64,000 nt of DNA from Polyangiales bacterium (GTDB lineage: Bacteria > Myxococcota_A > Polyangia > Polyangiales > JADJQN01). A program made the position numbers and the translations under genes. Position 1 is the stretch's first letter; each line of letters opens with the position of its first letter. Positions 18,569 through 28,867 of the stretch are shown here, piece by piece. Location of the stretch: positions 20,228-84,227 of the forward strand of contig CAXNJO010000010.1 in NCBI GenBank assembly GCA_964202905.1. The letters run 5' to 3'. The notes under the pieces are model-generated. The model saw only the letters and a list, made by a program, of their open reading frames with translations. It searched no databases and was not told where the DNA came from.

Positions 18569-18611
18569 AGGGAACTGGTGTCGGACGTCCGTGCGGCGCT
18601 GGTGGACTGGG

Positions 18612-18693
18612 TGGAGGGTGATGGATTCGAACCATCGAAGGCATAGCCGGCAGATTTACAGTCTGCTCCCTTTGTCCACTCGGGTAACCCTCC
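18612..18693 (-). tRNA. tRNA-Tyr (anticodon GTA), with a long variable arm
   Basis: The minus strand reads GGAGGGTTACCCGAGTGGACAAAGGGAGCAGACTGTAAATCTGCCGGCTATGCCTTCGATGGTTCGAATCCATCACCCTCCA. Confidence 0.9.
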
Positions 18694-18727
18694 GGAGAAA
18701 CCTCGAACCGAGACTTGCGACTTCACG

Positions 18728-18799
18728 AGCTAGCGACGGGAATCGAACCCACAACCCCCTGCTTACAAGGCAGGTGCTCTACCGTTGAGCTACGCCAGC
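18728..18799 (-). tRNA. tRNA-Thr (anticodon TGT)
   Basis: The minus strand reads GCTGGCGTAGCTCAACGGTAGAGCACCTGCCTTGTAAGCAGGGGGTTGTGGGTTCGATTCCCGTCGCTAGCT. Confidence 0.9.
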
Positions 18800-18861
18800 C
18801 AGACCTCACGGACCACCGCGAGACGGACGGACGTCCGCTTTCGGGGGGCATGAGGGCGCCT

Positions 18862-18890
18862 TTCTTACGCTCGCCCTCCCGCACTGTCAA
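18862..18890 (-). promoter_or_regulatory. Candidate sigma-70-type promoter for the tRNA-tuf transcription unit
   Basis: The minus strand has TTGACA (18890-18885), a 17-nt spacer, and TAAGAA (18867-18862). It lies about 60 nt upstream of the first tRNA. Confidence 0.5.
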
Positions 18891-18956
18891 GCATGGTTCT
18901 GGCATGGGCGTGCATTTGGCGCCTGCGAGGGGATCACGGTCGATGCCGCAGCCGGG

Positions 18957-20225
18957 TCAGCGCGTGCCGGTGGTCGGGGCCGTGAGGGCCGCGCCGCCGC
19001 CCTCCCCGGGGGCTCCGCTCGCCGGGGGCTGGGTGGTGGCCGCCCCTGCGCCAGGGGCTCCGCTCGGGGGAGCCGGTGGCGCGCCGGGCAGATCGGCGAC
19101 GAGGGCGCCCTGGACGCGGGCGAGGTCCGCGCGGGTGCGCTCGGTCCATTCTGTTCGGACGCCACTGCGGTCGACCATCATGAGGGTCATCTCCCAGTAG
19201 CGGATCGCGTGCTGCAAGAGTGGTTTGACCATCTCGCGGAGGTTCTTGCGGTATTCGTCGGCGAAGACCGCGCGGAGATCCGGGGTGAGATCGGGGCGGG
19301 GCGGGACCGGCGCCTCGGTGATTTCCGTCCAGAACGCGTCGTACATCTGGCCGATGCGGTAGCCGCTCGCGGCCGCCCAGTGCGCGTTGCCCCGGCGGAT
19401 CGTCGCGAAGTACTCGCGCTGCGCGTCGAGGAGAATCCGCGCGCGCGACTCGAGGGCGACCCTCTGCACCTCGGTCGTGCCCTCGGGGAGGCGGATCGCG
19501 CCCGCCCGCTCGCGCAGCGTCTCGGCCATGACGAAGTTCGCGGCGCCGACGGAGAAGTCGTCGCGGATCGCCTGAGCTTCCTCTTGCGAGCGGACGTACG
19601 CGAGCGCGGCGCGGGCGGCGCGCTCGGCCCCGTCGAGACGACGTGCCCCGAAGTCGGCCTGCGCCTTCCGCGCGAGGAGAGAGATGCGGTCGTCCGGGTC
19701 GAGGTCGGTGCTCACGAGGGCGGCGTCGCAGAGGGCGATCGCCTCGTCCCACAGGGACAGGCGGACGGCGATGTTCGACAGCATGAATTGCGCGTGCAGC
19801 ACGTCGCGCGGGTCGCGCCCCGGGAGCGCGAGCAGCGCGCGGAACTTGTCGGCGGCGCGGGGGAGCTCGCTGCGGTCTTCGAGACAAAGGCCGCTGTTGT
19901 AGAGCGCGGGGGAGCGCAGGCGGGTCTCGGGGAACTCGCGCTCGAGTCGCTCGTACGCCGCGACGGCGTCGTCGCAGCGGCGGGCCTGAAGGAGGCCCGT
20001 CGCGTGGTCGAAGAGCATCTCCGCGTCGTAATCGGTGCCGAGGCCGGCGACGCCATCGCCGGGTGCGCCGATCCGCATCGCCTCCATCGCGACGACACGG
20101 CGGCCCGGCTGCGGCGTGGTCGGTGCCGAGCCGCGCGCCCCGGCACCGCAAGCGGCGCAGAACACGACGAGCGCGACGAGGGGGGCGTTCGAACCGAGCG
20201 AGGTCAGGGGACGCGGGGTGGGCAT
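18957..20225 (-). CDS. Lipoprotein with TPR-like helical repeats (function unknown)
   Basis: ORF 18957..20855 was trimmed to ATG 20225-20223 (MPTPRPLTSLGSNAPLVALVVFCAACG, signal peptide plus lipobox). The body is helical and the tail is Pro/Gly-rich. Confidence 0.6.
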   Translation of the reverse strand: MPTPRPLTSLGSNAPLVALVVFCAACGAGARGSAPTTPQPGRRVVAMEAMRIGAPGDGVAGLGTDYDAEMLFDHATGLLQARRCDDAVAAYERLEREFPETRLRSPALYNSGLCLEDRSELPRAADKFRALLALPGRDPRDVLHAQFMLSNIAVRLSLWDEAIALCDAALVSTDLDPDDRISLLARKAQADFGARRLDGAERAARAALAYVRSQEEAQAIRDDFSVGAANFVMAETLRERAGAIRLPEGTTEVQRVALESRARILLDAQREYFATIRRGNAHWAAASGYRIGQMYDAFWTEITEAPVPPRPDLTPDLRAVFADEYRKNLREMVKPLLQHAIRYWEMTLMMVDRSGVRTEWTERTRADLARVQGALVADLPGAPPAPPSGAPGAGAATTQPPASGAPGEGGGAALTAPTTGTR

Positions 20226-20395
20226 GGGAGGGCTGACAACGGTGCGCGCGGGACGTTCCGGGGCGGCGGTGAGATGGGATGCTGCGAGACCTGCGGCGGG
20301 ACGGCCCGCCACATGGCTTGCAGGGAGGGACTGGAGCGGCGCGCGCATGGCGCGGCAGCCTACCAGCGATCGCGAAGCACGCCGCGGCTGGGCAA

Positions 20396-20830
20396 TCAGG
20401 TCGCGCCGGGGGAGGCGGGGAGCGGGACGCGCGCACCTCGCGAGAGGCGCACGTACGGGCGGTAGAGCGCGCGGCGTTGTTCGTACAGGAAGGCCTCGAG
20501 GGCCTTCCGCTCGGCCCGCGCCATGGCGACGAAGCGGACGGCCTGACCGTGGAACAAGCTGTCGACGCGGTCGTGGACGACCTCCCCGCGGGTCCAGATC
20601 GGCTCGGCGAGCCCGGGAAGCGGGAGGCTGATCTGCACTTCGCGCGCGCGGTGCGCGAACGCGACGAACGGGCGCTCCACATAGACCCCCGTTGGGCTGA
20701 GATCGGTGCCGAAGCAGCGGTGGCTCTCGTCGCCGACGAGCAGGTCCACGTACACGCCGATCGGCACCCGCACGGCTCCTCTGCGCTCGCTCATCGTGGC
20801 CGCCCTGCGTTCCGTGTTGAGTGCGCTCAT
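20396..20830 (-). CDS. PilZ-domain protein (putative c-di-GMP receptor)
   Basis: An RxxxR motif (ERRGAVRVP) and a DxSxxG motif (DLSPTGVYV) are present. The start is ambiguous among TTG 20866, ATG 20830 and ATG 20794. Confidence 0.7.
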   Translation of the reverse strand: MSALNTERRAATMSERRGAVRVPIGVYVDLLVGDESHRCFGTDLSPTGVYVERPFVAFAHRAREVQISLPLPGLAEPIWTRGEVVHDRVDSLFHGQAVRFVAMARAERKALEAFLYEQRRALYRPYVRLSRGARVPLPASPGAT

Positions 20831-20837
20831 GTAGTGA

Positions 20838-21527
20838 ATGGTAGACGTCGGACACCCTGACTCCAAGAAAGAAGTCGCGTCGCCGACCCGCGGCGCGGGG
20901 CCCGGTGCCCCGGGCTATGCTCCGCCCGCCGTGTGGACCGGAGCCGCCGCCACGATCGCCGCGTACATGCTCGGTTCAGTGTCGTTCGCGATACTCGTCG
21001 CGCGGCGGGCCGGGGTCGACCTCCGGGCTGCGGGGAGCGGCAACCCGGGCGCCACGAACGTCGGGCGGGTGCTCGGCCGGCGCGCGGGGCGACTGGTCCT
21101 CGCGCTCGACGCATTGAAGGGAGCGGCGCCGGCGCTCGCGGGGGTGCTTGCGTTTGGCGCGACCGATGCGCGGACGGCGGCGATTGGGGTCGCAGCGGTC
21201 GTGGGCCATGTCTGGCCGCTCTGGCATGGGGGGCGAGGCGGGCGGGGCGCCGCGACGGGGTTGGGCGTGCTGCTCGCGACGGCGCCGCCCGCGGGCGCGC
21301 TCGCCGGGCTGGGGTACGCGGTGGCGCGGCGGGCCTCCGGGCGGGCGAGCGTGGGGTCGCTCGCGGGGGCACTGCTGGGGAGCGCGGCGCTGATCGCGTG
21401 GGAGCAGCACGCGCCGGGGCACGCGACGCCGCGGAGTTGGATGGCGCTCGGGCTGCTCGCGGTGGTCGTCGTCGCGCACACGCCGAACCTCGCGCGGCTC
21501 GCGCGGGGGCAGGAGCCGCGGACATGA
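20838..21527 (+). CDS. plsY: Glycerol-3-phosphate acyltransferase PlsY
   Basis: Matches are YMLGSVSFAILVAR, SGNPGATNV and GHVWPLW. The N-terminal 30 aa look like an over-extension, and GTG at 20931 is an alternative start. Confidence 0.85.
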   Translation: MVDVGHPDSKKEVASPTRGAGPGAPGYAPPAVWTGAAATIAAYMLGSVSFAILVARRAGVDLRAAGSGNPGATNVGRVLGRRAGRLVLALDALKGAAPALAGVLAFGATDARTAAIGVAAVVGHVWPLWHGGRGGRGAATGLGVLLATAPPAGALAGLGYAVARRASGRASVGSLAGALLGSAALIAWEQHAPGHATPRSWMALGLLAVVVVAHTPNLARLARGQEPRT

Positions 21528-24007
21528 GGCGGGCGACGCGCGGACTCACCGCGCTCCTGGCGGCGGTCGCGCTCGTCGTGGCCTGCGGGTGCGGCGGCCC
21601 TCCGCAGGCGGTGCGGGTCGTGACGCCCGCGGCAGCGCGCAGGGTTGCGCCGACAGCTGCCCCCCCGCCGACGCTCGTGCGCGTCGCGGGCGCCGGGACG
21701 CTCGCCCTGCCCCGCGCGACGCCGGACGCCGTGCACCTCGCGCTCTTCGTCGATGCCGGCTGGCGGGACGCGACGCCACCCCAACTCGCGACGGCCACGG
21801 CGTGGCTCGCCGCGGCCCGCAGCCCGGGCGTCACGGCGCGCGTCGAGCCGGATCTCGTCGCCTGGTCCGTCGATTGCCCGCGATCGCGGCTCTCGGCATG
21901 CACCGATCAGCTCGCCGGGATGCTCGCGCTGCGCGAGGCCGACGAGGACGAGCTCGTGGCCGTGCGACGCGCGCTCGTCGAGGCACGAAGGCGGGCGCGG
22001 ACGGACGAGGCGCGCACCGCCGATGGGCTCGCGGTCGCGGCGCTCCTCGATGTGCCGCAGGCAGGCGCGTTCGGGGAGGCCGACGACGACGCCCGCGTCG
22101 ATGCGGACGCGGTCGCGCGGTTCGCGGGGCAACACCTCGGTCCCGCCCGCGCGCTCTTCGTCGCGGCCGGCGACGTGGACGCGGCGACGCTCGCGGCGGC
22201 GGTCGAGACGGCCCTCGCGGGGGTGCCCGACGCAGCCGCGACGCGGCGCGGGTCGATGCCTCCGGCCGCGCGGCGCAGCGGGGCGCCGCCCGTGCGCGTC
22301 GTCGTCGGCGAGTCGGAGGTCGTCAGCGTCGCGCTGCGGGTCGACGACGCCGGGCGCGCTCGCGCGATCGCCGCGCAGATCGCCGCGGAGGGGACAGCGC
22401 CCGACGCGACGGTGCGTGCGTTCGCGTTGCGGGGCGGCGGGGTCGTGCTGCTGCGGCAGGCGGGTCGTCGACGCGGCGCCGACGGGGCCGCGCGCTGGGC
22501 CGCGCACACCGCCGCGGGGCTCGAGATGGTGCGCAGGGAGGTCGTCGACGCCGCGCCCGCGCCGGTCCCCGACGCCCTCGACGCGCTCGTGCGCGCGCAC
22601 GGCCGCGCGTTCGCGACGGGCGACACCTGGCCCGGGATGGCGCAGGGGCGGCACGCGAGCGAGATGCCGGAGGACACGCACGCGATCGCCGCCGGGGTCG
22701 TCGTGCGCGGAGAACGGACGCGGCGACTGCGCGGGCCGGACCCGGACGACGCGCTGGCCCACGACGTGGAATCGTCGATGGTCGCCGCCATCGACGCGCG
22801 CCTCGGGGCGCTCGACGACGCGGACGACGCGACGGGCGACGGGACGCCGCTGCGCAATGGCGCGCGGCTCGTCGTGCAGGCGCTGCCGGGTGCGGGTGAG
22901 CGCGCGCTCGCCGTGCGCTTCGCGGCGGAGCTCTCCGCGGAGCACGCCGGCGTCCTCGGCCGCGCGGGACTCACGGCGGAGGCGCTCGCGGTCGCATGCC
23001 GAGTGCAACTGGGGCGCGGCGGCGCCGCATTGCAGGCGGTGGTGGGCGCGGGCTCGTGGGGCGTGCTCGCGACGGCGCGGAACGACGACGCGCTCGTCCA
23101 CGCGCTGCGCTGCGTGCTCGACGCGTTGCCCGACGACGCAGCCATCGACGAGGCGCGGCGACGACGGGTGGCATCGCTCGCGCCGGCCAACGCGCCCGCC
23201 CTCCACGCGCGCGCGCTCGCGGCCCGCGCGCTCGTCCCGGCGACGCCAGGCCTCCTCGCGCCAGAGGGCACCGCGGAATCGGCCGCGTCCGTCCCAGCGT
23301 CGGAGGTGCGGTCGCTGCTCGCGCGGTCGCGCGTCGGTGCACGCGCGCACGTCGTGTGGGCGGGTGACGGCGGCGCAGGCGGTCAGGCTGCGCAGGTCGC
23401 GCGCCGCCTCGCCGGGCTCGACGGGGGAGCCCCGTGCGCGCCGCCGACGCACGGGGACGCAGCGATGGAGGACGTGCTCGCCGCCGAGGGGCCGGGCCCC
23501 GGCGTTCGTGCCGTGATCGCGCTCCGCGCAGCGGCGCCCCGTGCACCGCATGCCCAGGGCGACACGCCGCCCGACGACGGCCTCGACGCGCAGGCCTTCG
23601 CGCTCTCCGTCGCCACGCTCCTTGGGGAAGCCCCGGGCGTCCGCGTCCTCGCGGCCGATGGCGCGAGGGTCGGCCCGACCGACGTCGCCGCGTGGATCGC
23701 GCTCTCGCTCGACGAGTCCGCGCTCGCGGCGCTCGCCGTCACGACGCGGCAGGCGCTCGCCGTGCTCGACGCCGACCCACTCGGCACCGACGCCGTCCGG
23801 CGCACGCGCGACCAGCTCGCCGCCCTCGACGCCGCCTCCCGCGCGCAGCCGGCGATCGTCGCGGATCGGCTCGCGCGTGCCTCCGCGGAGGGTGTCGACG
23901 CGACGCACGCCGCGGGGGACGACGCCTCGCTCGTCCGCGTCGTCGACGCGCTCGCCGCGGCGCGCTTGCACGTCGTCGTCGCGCGCCCCGCGAGGCCCGA
24001 TCGTTGA
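21524..24007 (+). CDS. Large lipoprotein, pitrilysin (M16)-like two-lobed architecture without an HxxEH zinc motif
   Basis: ATG 21524 overlaps the plsY stop (ATGA). The N-terminus is [24 protein letters not shown] (lipobox), and the product is 827 aa. The M16 resemblance rests on general layout only. No HxxEH was found by eye. Confidence 0.45.
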   Translation: MRRATRGLTALLAAVALVVACGCGGPPQAVRVVTPAAARRVAPTAAPPPTLVRVAGAGTLALPRATPDAVHLALFVDAGWRDATPPQLATATAWLAAARSPGVTARVEPDLVAWSVDCPRSRLSACTDQLAGMLALREADEDELVAVRRALVEARRRARTDEARTADGLAVAALLDVPQAGAFGEADDDARVDADAVARFAGQHLGPARALFVAAGDVDAATLAAAVETALAGVPDAAATRRGSMPPAARRSGAPPVRVVVGESEVVSVALRVDDAGRARAIAAQIAAEGTAPDATVRAFALRGGGVVLLRQAGRRRGADGAARWAAHTAAGLEMVRREVVDAAPAPVPDALDALVRAHGRAFATGDTWPGMAQGRHASEMPEDTHAIAAGVVVRGERTRRLRGPDPDDALAHDVESSMVAAIDARLGALDDADDATGDGTPLRNGARLVVQALPGAGERALAVRFAAELSAEHAGVLGRAGLTAEALAVACRVQLGRGGAALQAVVGAGSWGVLATARNDDALVHALRCVLDALPDDAAIDEARRRRVASLAPANAPALHARALAARALVPATPGLLAPEGTAESAASVPASEVRSLLARSRVGARAHVVWAGDGGAGGQAAQVARRLAGLDGGAPCAPPTHGDAAMEDVLAAEGPGPGVRAVIALRAAAPRAPHAQGDTPPDDGLDAQAFALSVATLLGEAPGVRVLAADGARVGPTDVAAWIALSLDESALAALAVTTRQALAVLDADPLGTDAVRRTRDQLAALDAASRAQPAIVADRLARASAEGVDATHAAGDDASLVRVVDALAAARLHVVVARPARPDR

Positions 24008-24043
24008 GGCGTCGCGGGGCGCTCCACGGTGCGGCGGAGCGCG

Positions 24044-24104
24044 TTGACGGGTCAAACCGTGCGTGTTAATCCCGGCGCGTGCCGAGCGGTGAATCGCCAT
24101 TCAG
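24044..24104 (+). promoter_or_regulatory. Candidate promoter plus palindromic operator of the TetR-etfBA operon
   Basis: The elements are TTGACG (24044-24049), a 17-nt spacer and TAATCC (24067-24072). The predicted TSS coincides with ATG 24079, implying a leaderless mRNA. The inverted repeat GTGAAT-CGCC-ATTCAG lies at 24089-24104. Confidence 0.45.
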
Positions 24105-24873
24105 TTCGCGGGTCCGCAAGCCGCGCGCTGTGTCGTCGACCCCCGAGATCCCCGCGCCCTCCGCCCTTCCGCGCGCCGACACCAAGGCACGCGCGAAGGC
24201 AGCCCCCGAGTCGTCCGAAGCCCCCACCGAGAAGGGCCGCGGCGCAGGCACGCCGGACAAGCGCGAGCGCATCCTCCGCGCCGCGATCAAGGTCTTCGCG
24301 CGGAAGGGCTTCCACGCGACGCGCGTCAACGAGATCGCGAAGGCCGCCGGCGTCGCGGACGGCACCATCTACCTCTACTTCAAGAACAAGGACGACGTGC
24401 TCGTCTGCATCTTCGAGGACCGCATCACGCGTCTCCTCGAGGTGCTGCGCCGCGAGCTCGAGCGCTCGCCGTCGTTCGAGGAGCGCATGCGCCGGATCGT
24501 CGGCCTGCAGCTCGGGCTGCTCGAAGGGCAGCGCGACCTCGCCGAGGTGATCACCGTCAACCTCCGCCAGTCGTCGAAGCTGCTCAAGCAGTACGCGACC
24601 CCCCTCTTCGTCGAGTACCTCGAGGTGCTCGCGAGCGTCATCGCCGACGGGCAGCGCGAGGGCGTCGTCCGCACGGACGCGCACCCGCGCATCCTCGCGC
24701 GCGCGTTGTTCGGCGCGCTCGACGGAGTCGCGCTCACCTGGGCGCTCGGCGGAGCCGAGCCCGGGACTCTCACGAAAGCTGCCGTCCAGATCACGTCCGT
24801 GTTCCTCGACGGCATCCGCGTCCGCTCTCCGCAGTCACACGCTCTCTCATCACACTCCCCGGAGGAACCGTGA
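24079..24873 (+). CDS. TetR/AcrR-family transcriptional regulator (FadR-like by context)
   Basis: The HTH reads RILRAAIKVFARKGFHATRVNEIAKAAGVADGTIYLYFKNKDD. The gene overlaps etfB by 4 nt. A roughly 55-aa low-complexity N-terminus leaves the start uncertain. Confidence 0.85.
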   Translation: MPSGESPFSSRVRKPRAVSSTPEIPAPSALPRADTKARAKAAPESSEAPTEKGRGAGTPDKRERILRAAIKVFARKGFHATRVNEIAKAAGVADGTIYLYFKNKDDVLVCIFEDRITRLLEVLRRELERSPSFEERMRRIVGLQLGLLEGQRDLAEVITVNLRQSSKLLKQYATPLFVEYLEVLASVIADGQREGVVRTDAHPRILARALFGALDGVALTWALGGAEPGTLTKAAVQITSVFLDGIRVRSPQSHALSSHSPEEP

Positions 24874-25703
24874 AGATCCTCGTTCCAGTGAAGCGGGTCG
24901 CCGACCCGGACAACGCCAACAAGGTGAAGGTTGCCGCCGACGCCTCGCGCGTCACCACGGACGGCCTCGAGTGGAAGATCAACCCCTTCGACGAGTACGC
25001 CGTCGAAGCGGCGCTGCGCCTCAACGAGAACGCGAAGACGCAGGAGAAGCTCGGCGAGACCATCGTCGTCTCGATCGGGCCGAAGGACGCGGCGCAGACG
25101 CTGCGCCAGGCGCTCGCGATGGGTGCGGACCGCGCGGTCCACGTGCTCGCCGAGGACGAGCAGCTCGACTCGTTCGTCGTCGCCCGCGCGCTCAAGGCCA
25201 TCGTCGACAAGGAGCAGCCCGACGTCGTCGTACTCGGCAAGCAGGCCGTCGACGGCGACTCCAACACCGCGGGGCAGATCCTCGGTGAGTTGCTCGGCTG
25301 GCCGGTCGCGTCGTTCGCGGCGACGATCGAGACGGGCGACGCGGGCAAGAGCTTCGTCGTCGGCCGCGAGGTCGACACGGGCGTGCTCAAGGTGAAGGTC
25401 ACCGCGCCCGCCGTCATCACCGTCGACCTGCGCATCGTCGCGCCCGCGTCCGTGCGCAACGGCGCGACGCCCGCCGATCACGCGTACGGCGAGGGCGCGC
25501 GCTACGCCTCGCTCAAGGGCATCATGGCCGCGAAGAAGAAGCCGATCGACGAGCAGACGCTCGCCGCGCTCGGCGTCGACGCGACGACGACGTCCCGCTA
25601 CACGAAGTTCGAGCTGCCGCCCGCGCGCAAGGGCGGCGCGAAGTTCGTCGCCGACGTCAACGAGCTCGTCTCGCTCCTCCAGAGCGAGGCGAAGGTCCTC
25701 TGA
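24870..25703 (+). CDS. etfB: Electron transfer flavoprotein beta subunit
   Basis: 277 aa. Matches include [29 protein letters not shown] and [17 protein letters not shown]. Confidence 0.93.
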   Translation: MKILVPVKRVADPDNANKVKVAADASRVTTDGLEWKINPFDEYAVEAALRLNENAKTQEKLGETIVVSIGPKDAAQTLRQALAMGADRAVHVLAEDEQLDSFVVARALKAIVDKEQPDVVVLGKQAVDGDSNTAGQILGELLGWPVASFAATIETGDAGKSFVVGREVDTGVLKVKVTAPAVITVDLRIVAPASVRNGATPADHAYGEGARYASLKGIMAAKKKPIDEQTLAALGVDATTTSRYTKFELPPARKGGAKFVADVNELVSLLQSEAKVL

Positions 25704-25744
25704 GCGTTCGTCCTGCCACCCGAGACAACCGAGGAACACGAACC

Positions 25745-26719
25745 ATGACGGACGTTCTGGTCATCGCAGAGCTGCTCGACGGCAAGGTGCGCAAGACGAC
25801 GCACAGCGCCATCACCCTCGCCAAGACGATCGCCGCCGGGACGGGCGGCGCCTTCGACGTCCTCGCCATCGGCGACGGCGCGAAGTCCGCCGCGGCCGAG
25901 CTGACGGGCTTCGGCGCGCGCAAGATCTTCGCCACGCAGATCGACGGGGGCTACCTCGCCGAGAAGTACGCGCCCACGGTCGCCTCGATCGGCGGCGGTT
26001 ACGGCGTGCTCACCGTGACCGCGAGCACCTTCGGCAAGGACCTCGCGCCCCGCGTCGCGGCGCGCCTCGGCGCGGGCGTCGCGAGCGACATCAGCGGCGT
26101 CACCGTCGACGGCGGGACGCTCAGCTACAAGCGGCCGATGTACGCGGGCAACGTGTACGGTCACGTGCAGATCACGACGGCGACCCAGGTCGTGACGCCG
26201 CGTCAGTCGGAGGTCGCGCCTGCGCAGCCCACGGGCGGCGCGAGCCCGATCGAGGACCTCGCCCTGGTGGCGGGCGGTGCGGCGAGCGGGCGCATCGAGT
26301 TCGTCGCGCTCGAGCAGAGCACGAAGTCCGCGCGCCCCGAGCTGAGCGAGGCTGCGACCGTCGTGTCGGGCGGTCGCGCGCTGAAGAGCGCCGAGGGCTT
26401 CCAGACGGTACTCGAGCCGCTCGTCGACGCCTTCGGCGCGGCGATGGGCGCGAGCCGCGCGGCGTGCGACGCGGGCTACGTGCCCAACGACCTGCAGGTC
26501 GGCCAGACGGGCAAGGTCGTCGCCCCGAAGCTCTACGTCGCGGTCGGCATCTCGGGCGCGATCCAGCATCTCGCGGGCATGAAGGGTTCGAAGGTCATCG
26601 TCGCGGTCAACAAGGACAAGGAGGCGCCGATCGCACAGGTCGCCGACTACTTCCTCGTCGCGGACCTGTTCAAGGTCATCCCCGAACTGACGGACGCGGT
26701 CAAGAAGGCGCGCGCCTAG
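25745..26719 (+). CDS. etfA: Electron transfer flavoprotein alpha subunit
   Basis: 324 aa. The FAD-binding C-terminus reads [44 protein letters not shown]. Confidence 0.93.
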   Translation: MTDVLVIAELLDGKVRKTTHSAITLAKTIAAGTGGAFDVLAIGDGAKSAAAELTGFGARKIFATQIDGGYLAEKYAPTVASIGGGYGVLTVTASTFGKDLAPRVAARLGAGVASDISGVTVDGGTLSYKRPMYAGNVYGHVQITTATQVVTPRQSEVAPAQPTGGASPIEDLALVAGGAASGRIEFVALEQSTKSARPELSEAATVVSGGRALKSAEGFQTVLEPLVDAFGAAMGASRAACDAGYVPNDLQVGQTGKVVAPKLYVAVGISGAIQHLAGMKGSKVIVAVNKDKEAPIAQVADYFLVADLFKVIPELTDAVKKARA

Positions 26720-26750
26720 CGCTGCGCCGCCGCGCGTCGGCATGCACGGA

Positions 26751-26786
26751 GGGCCCGGCGACCACCTCGCCGGGCCCTTTTTCGTT
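26751..26786 (+). terminator. Rho-independent terminator after etfA
   Basis: An 11-bp perfect GC stem, GGGCCCGGCGA / TCGCCGGGCCC, has a CCACC loop and is followed by TTTTTCGTT. Confidence 0.8.
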
Positions 26787-27020
26787 GATCGCGCAGCGCT
26801 TCGCTCGGGCGTTGGGCAGCGGAGTGCGACGACGCGCAGGCAGGCGTGCAGTGCCCTCCGAGGACGTGCCCCGGCTGGCGCCTCGCCAGCGCGCGCACCG
26901 CGACGCGCTCGAGCGCACGGCGCCGGCGGCCGGTGCGGCGGCGCACAGGACGACCGCCGCACGCCCGAGCCACGCGCAACAATCGACTTGTCAACGGGCG
27001 ACCTCTAAGCTGGCGCCGCC

Positions 27021-28559
27021 ATGCGCCCCCACGCGCGTCCGCTCCCCGACTCCGCCGTGCCGCGCGCCGCCGCGCTCGCGCTCTGCGTCCTCGCATGGGT
27101 TGCGCCGGCCCGCGCCGACGGCCCGTACGACGGCGCGTGGCGCGCGAGCGGAACACGCGTCGAGGTGACGATCCGCAGCTGGGGCGCAGACTGCGGGCCG
27201 CGACCGCAGTCGTTCTCGTCGGGCGGCGGCGGCACCGTGCAGATCGCGCAGGAAGGCGATCACCTCGTCTTCCGCGGCCAACGCACGACACGGACCGACG
27301 GTTGCTGGAGCGAGAACCGCGCGGTCCGGCGCGTGTCGACGTCGGTGCAAGGGAGCACGTGGCGCACGGTCTGCCGCACGCCGCCCGGCGACTCGCGCGG
27401 CGAAACCGGTACGTACACGCTGCGCGCGTCGGGCGACGACGCGCTCGCGTTCACGGATTCGAGCGAATACGACTGGGCGCTCAACGAGTCGCGCTGCACG
27501 GCGACCATCACCACGACGCAGTCCTTCTCCCGCACGCGGGCCGCGACACCGACGCCGCCTCCCCCTCCGCCGCCCGACGAGCCCGCCGAGCGCGCTTGCA
27601 CACCGGGCGCCCCCGCGCGGATCGCGATGCGTCCGGAGCGGGCACGCGTGCAGCCGGGCGAGCGTGTCTGCGTCCGCGCGCGCGTCGTCGATGCGAGCGG
27701 CTGCGCGGTCCCGGGCCAGACGATCGCGTGGGACCTCGAACGCCCGGCGGGTCGCGCCGGCACCCTCGACGACGGCTGCTTCCAGGCCGGGACGAATGCG
27801 GCCGACGCGGAGGGCGAGTTCCGCCTGCAGGCGACGAGCGGCGGGCTGCGCGGCGATGCGGTGCTCACCGTGCGCGCGCAGGATCTCTCGGACCTGATCG
27901 CCCGTCGCGGCGAACAGGGCGCAGTCGGCGTGCTCGCGGGCACCGACGCGACGGCGCGCACCGAGGGCGCGGCGCGGGTCGAGGCGCGCGCGGTCGATGA
28001 CGAGGGGGGCTCGCTGCTCCTGCCGCTGGTCGGGGCGGGCGTCGCGCTTCTGCTCCTGCTCGGCGGCGTGGCGCTGCTGCTCGGCGGCAAGAAGAAGCGG
28101 AAGCCGGAGCCCGCGCCGTCGGGCGTCTCCACGCCGTCGGCCGCCCCGCTGCCATCGTCCGCGATCGCGCGACCGCCCGCGGCCGCATCGGTCCGCGCGC
28201 CAGCCGCTGCAGGCGGGGCGCAGAAGCTGTGCCCGCTGTGCCACCTCGAGGTGGAGGGCGAGACGGCCTTCTGCCCGCGGGACGGCACGGCGCTCGTGGG
28301 CGCGCCGCAAGGGGGCCCGGCGACGCCGTCGCAGGCGCTGATCTGCCCGACCTGCCGCCGCGGCTTCCCGCCCTCGGCGCGGTTCTGCCCGCACGACTCC
28401 GACGAGCTCGTGCCCTACGCGATGTTTGCCGCGCGCTCGAAGGCCCCCACGGGCACCGAGGGCGCCAAGCCGCAAATCTGCCCCCAATGCGGAGAGCGCT
28501 ACGACGCGACCACCGCGTTCTGCGGCAAGGACGGCTCGCCACTCGTCACCGTGAACTGA
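27021..28559 (+). CDS. Single-pass membrane protein: secreted N-terminal domains, one TM, and three cytoplasmic zinc ribbons
   Basis: 512 aa with a signal peptide and a TM helix ([30 protein letters not shown]). Three repeats of CPxC-x9-12-FCxxDG follow: [40 protein letters not shown] and [20 protein letters not shown]. Confidence 0.6.
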   Translation: MRPHARPLPDSAVPRAAALALCVLAWVAPARADGPYDGAWRASGTRVEVTIRSWGADCGPRPQSFSSGGGGTVQIAQEGDHLVFRGQRTTRTDGCWSENRAVRRVSTSVQGSTWRTVCRTPPGDSRGETGTYTLRASGDDALAFTDSSEYDWALNESRCTATITTTQSFSRTRAATPTPPPPPPPDEPAERACTPGAPARIAMRPERARVQPGERVCVRARVVDASGCAVPGQTIAWDLERPAGRAGTLDDGCFQAGTNAADAEGEFRLQATSGGLRGDAVLTVRAQDLSDLIARRGEQGAVGVLAGTDATARTEGAARVEARAVDDEGGSLLLPLVGAGVALLLLLGGVALLLGGKKKRKPEPAPSGVSTPSAAPLPSSAIARPPAAASVRAPAAAGGAQKLCPLCHLEVEGETAFCPRDGTALVGAPQGGPATPSQALICPTCRRGFPPSARFCPHDSDELVPYAMFAARSKAPTGTEGAKPQICPQCGERYDATTAFCGKDGSPLVTVN

Positions 28560-28867
28560 CGGCGCCCGTCGCGAAGGACCGGGAGCCGCTCGCTGGCATC
28601 CGCGAAAGCCGGGGCCCAGCGAGCGCGATCGTGCGCGCGCTACCCAAAGGCACGCCCAGCGGGGGTTCCATGTCGGCGTGGAGGCATGGGCGTTCGCGGG
28701 TGGACGCCCACGCGACGGCTCTTGATCGGCTCGGCGCGGGGCAGCTATGATGCCGCCCCAACGACGGAATCCGGCGATGCCGCGCCGCTCGCCGCATGCC
28801 TCCGGAACGCGTCCGGGAGCCACTCCCATCCCTGCCCGCTGAACTGCACGTCGAGAGGACAAGCGAG

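Noticed and set aside
18700-20400. Possible integrated element next to the tRNA cluster
   Set aside because: No integrase, transposase, direct repeat of a tRNA 3' end, or compositional shift is visible. The flanking genes are an ordinary lipoprotein and a PilZ protein.
24089-24104. Firm assignment of the CTGAAY-N4-ATTCAG motif to LexA (an SOS box)
   Set aside because: The architecture resembles Cheo-type and M. xanthus LexA boxes. However, none of the four copies precedes a recognisable SOS gene, and two lie in 3'-3' intergenic DNA. The regulator is left open in the findings (TetR/FadR-like, LexA-like or CRP/FNR-like).
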